Program-made: the position numbers and the translations under genes
Notes under the pieces: model-generated
What the model saw: the letters and a program-made list of their open reading frames with translations, nothing else
The model's database searches: none
Told to the model about the DNA's origin: nothing
Part shown: positions 30,217-32,000 of the stretch, in pieces
How the letters are laid out: each line of letters opens with the position of its first letter
How positions within the stretch are numbered: position 1 is the stretch's first letter
From: Thermoproteus tenax Kra 1
GTDB lineage: Archaea > Thermoproteota > Thermoprotei > Thermoproteales > Thermoproteaceae
Length of the DNA: 32,000 bases
Assembly: GCF_000253055.1 (NCBI RefSeq)
Contig: NC_016070.1
Coordinates: forward strand, 1 to 32,000
Reading direction: 5' to 3'

Positions 30217-32000
30217 ATGTCAACGATAAAGCTATGGATAGATCCTATTACGCGCATTGAGGGTCACCTAGCTCTATATGCAGAGGTCGACTCATCTACC
30301 AGGAAGGTCACGACGGCGCATACGACTGTGATGATGTTCCGCGGGTTCGAGGTCTTCCTAAGGGGGAGACCTCCCGAGGATGCCATCCATATAACCTCGC
30401 GCACATGCGGCGTCTGCGGCGCCGCCCACGCGAACGCATCCACCAGGGCTTGTGACGTGGCCTCGGGCATGACTCCGTATCCCATGGGCAACGTGTTGAG
30501 GACTATGGCCTACGCCATGACAGACTACACCTACGACCACTCTATAATTTTGAACATGCTTGAGGGCCCCGACTACAGCGAGGCGATCGTCAGCAAGCTG
30601 ACGCCCTCGGTGTGGCAGACGGCGCAGAGCACTCCGGCGAACTACTCGTCGATACACGGATATCGCACGATAGCGGACATCATGAGGGATCTGAACCCCA
30701 TTACCGGCAGAATATGGCAACTGACGGTCAAACACCAGAGACTTGCCAGAGAGGCCGGCGTCTTGATCTACGGCAGACACTCCCATCCCTCCACTCTGAT
30801 ACCAGGCGGCATAAGCACCGACATAACCCTCTTGGGCTCTATGTTGGAGGAATATTATGCTAGGCTGTCCAAACTGCTCGCCTGGGTCAAGTTCGTCTGG
30901 GCTATCTGGCAGGATCTATACGAGTTCTTCAGAGACCACGTCTCCACGCCGGACGGCAAATCCTACGCTCTGACGCAGGGCAAAACCCACGACCCCCCAG
31001 TTCTACTGGCAAGCGGCTGGGGCGACGACCCTGAGGTCTACAGCAGTATAACCGATGAGGCGAACGGAGACTGGAGGCAACTATACGCCAAACTCGACGA
31101 GGCCTACAACGCTAGGTGGGAGAAGCCCGGCTTAGCCATAGGCCACCAGCTGTACAGCCCCAATCCAACTGAGATACAGCTGGGCTACGTCGAATTCGCC
31201 GATTCGTCGTTCTATGAGGATTGGGTCAAGGCCAATGTCGCTCCGCCGTACGGTTGGCTGACCGAGGATCCTATAGGCAGGCCTTTGGTCAACGGCGACC
31301 CGACCCTGCAGAAGTACCACATGTGGAACAGGACGACGATACCGAAGCCAGGCGCCATCAACTTCGCCGATAAGTATACTTGGGCCGCCGAGCCCAGAAT
31401 CGTTCTGCCGATGGGCTCTCTGAAGGGCACAGTGATCCCCATAGAGACGGGCCCCATAGCCCAGCTCTGGATGGACACGCTCCATGCGACTAAGGTCACC
31501 ACAGCGACTGGCCAAACTCTCTGGGAGAGCAACGGGAGCACGCTGAAACTTTATCTGCCCGGCAATACCGTCAACCCCGATCTGCCCGAGGGCACCTACG
31601 GAGAGTTGACGATCACGTGGAATCTGCCTCAGTACTCTACGACTATGGAGCGCTTGCTTGCCAGAGCTGTCCACTTGGCCATGGCGGCCGCCATGGGCTA
31701 TGCGGCCCTCCTATACGCCTTCGAGTTGGTAAATAAGGGAAAGACCCAGACGTCGAGGCCTTGGAGTTATGGAAAATGGCCGAGCTTCAGCTACAGCTTC
31801 GGCTGGTGGCAAGTGCCGCGCGGCAACTGTATGCACTGGTTGGTGCAACAGAACGGGCGCATAGCCAACTACCAATATGAGGCGCCGACTACGCCCAATG
31901 TCAGTCCGCAGAACAGCAGATGCACCGGCCAGTGGCAAGGCCAGTGTAGAGGTCCCTTCGAGATGTCCGTTATAAATAGCCAGGAGACCGAGGAGACTCC
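30217..32000 (+). CDS. [NiFe] hydrogenase large subunit (5' part; continues beyond the window)
   Basis: Not in the supplied ORF track. Hand translation from ATG 30217 (frame 1) gives an uninterrupted reading frame to position 32000. It begins MSTIKLWIDPITRIEGHLALYAEV. It continues ...ITSRTCGVCGAAHANAS (RxCGxCxxxH, with RxCGxC at 30400-30417), ...IYGRHSHPSTLIPGG and ...WWQVPRGNCMHWLVQQNGRIANYQYEAPTTPN. These are the canonical N-terminal Ni-binding and central motifs. The C-terminal DPCxxCxxH lies beyond the window. Confidence 0.9.
   Translation, partial: MSTIKLWIDPITRIEGHLALYAEVDSSTRKVTTAHTTVMMFRGFEVFLRGRPPEDAIHITSRTCGVCGAAHANASTRACDVASGMTPYPMGNVLRTMAYAMTDYTYDHSIILNMLEGPDYSEAIVSKLTPSVWQTAQSTPANYSSIHGYRTIADIMRDLNPITGRIWQLTVKHQRLAREAGVLIYGRHSHPSTLIPGGISTDITLLGSMLEEYYARLSKLLAWVKFVWAIWQDLYEFFRDHVSTPDGKSYALTQGKTHDPPVLLASGWGDDPEVYSSITDEANGDWRQLYAKLDEAYNARWEKPGLAIGHQLYSPNPTEIQLGYVEFADSSFYEDWVKANVAPPYGWLTEDPIGRPLVNGDPTLQKYHMWNRTTIPKPGAINFADKYTWAAEPRIVLPMGSLKGTVIPIETGPIAQLWMDTLHATKVTTATGQTLWESNGSTLKLYLPGNTVNPDLPEGTYGELTITWNLPQYSTTMERLLARAVHLAMAAAMGYAALLYAFELVNKGKTQTSRPWSYGKWPSFSYSFGWWQVPRGNCMHWLVQQNGRIANYQYEAPTTPNVSPQNSRCTGQWQGQCRGPFEMSVINSQETEET

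Noticed and set aside
1075-31938. Many antisense or out-of-frame shadow ORFs in the track (for example 1075-1341, 3578-3868, 5270-5746, 9103-9588, 11803-12204, 14411-14941, 15080-15382, 19299-19784, 20728-21201, 24390-24932, 26680-27120, 31132-31674).
   Set aside because: Each lies entirely within a longer ORF that has recognisable family motifs or a membrane-protein character. Their products are compositionally odd, being mirror-image Pro/Arg/Ser-rich sequences.

Overview
This is a gene-dense archaeal chromosomal segment of about 55-60% G+C by eye. I place it in the crenarchaeal Thermoproteaceae (Pyrobaculum/Thermoproteus-like). Four observations support that: the EF-1alpha and S10 sequences, TATA-like boxes about 20-30 nt upstream of many start codons (leaderless architecture), thermopsin-family surface proteins, and a tRNA with an intron at a non-canonical position.

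Contents from left to right:
- 1-6.1 kb: housekeeping and metabolic genes (YjjX-type NTPase, geranylgeranyl-reductase-like flavoprotein, UspA, MBL hydrolase, amidase, translin-family protein, APC permease).
- 6.2-8.8 kb: a co-directional minus-strand block of a small membrane protein, a radical SAM/SPASM enzyme, a frameshifted presenilin-like GxGD intramembrane protease and a winged-helix-like protein.
- 9-12.7 kb: an MFS transporter, rps10, tuf and RidA. An unexplained 0.5 kb structured spacer separates tuf from rps10.
- 12.7-20.3 kb: an accessory cell-surface block (a secreted helical-repeat protein with a Gly/Met-rich tail, an anchored partner, and a thermopsin-like protein with four tandem repeats) plus tRNA-Met(CAU).
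- 20.3-26.5 kb: an AIM24-family protein, an SDR, an EamA transporter, a second MFS transporter, a second thermopsin-like protein and a thioredoxin-like protein. Two very GC-rich non-coding spacers sit here (305 bp and 637 bp, locally 75-90% G+C).
- 26.5-32 kb: a membrane-bound [NiFe] uptake-hydrogenase cluster (protease-like gene, wHTH/Cys-rich protein, Tat small subunit, b-type cytochrome, large subunit).

The large-subunit ORF (30217 to the window end) is missing from the supplied ORF track because it runs off the window. I confirmed it by translating it by hand.

I saw no CRISPR array, rRNA, transposase or integrase.

The best leads for something undescribed are the rSAM/SPASM plus intramembrane-protease block, the GC-rich structured spacers with a recurring GTGCCC/GGGCAC motif and imperfect inverted-repeat arms, a four-copy operator-like motif array upstream of the hydrogenase cluster, and several atypical features of the hydrogenase genes. 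All functional calls rest on motif recognition by eye. No database search was run.
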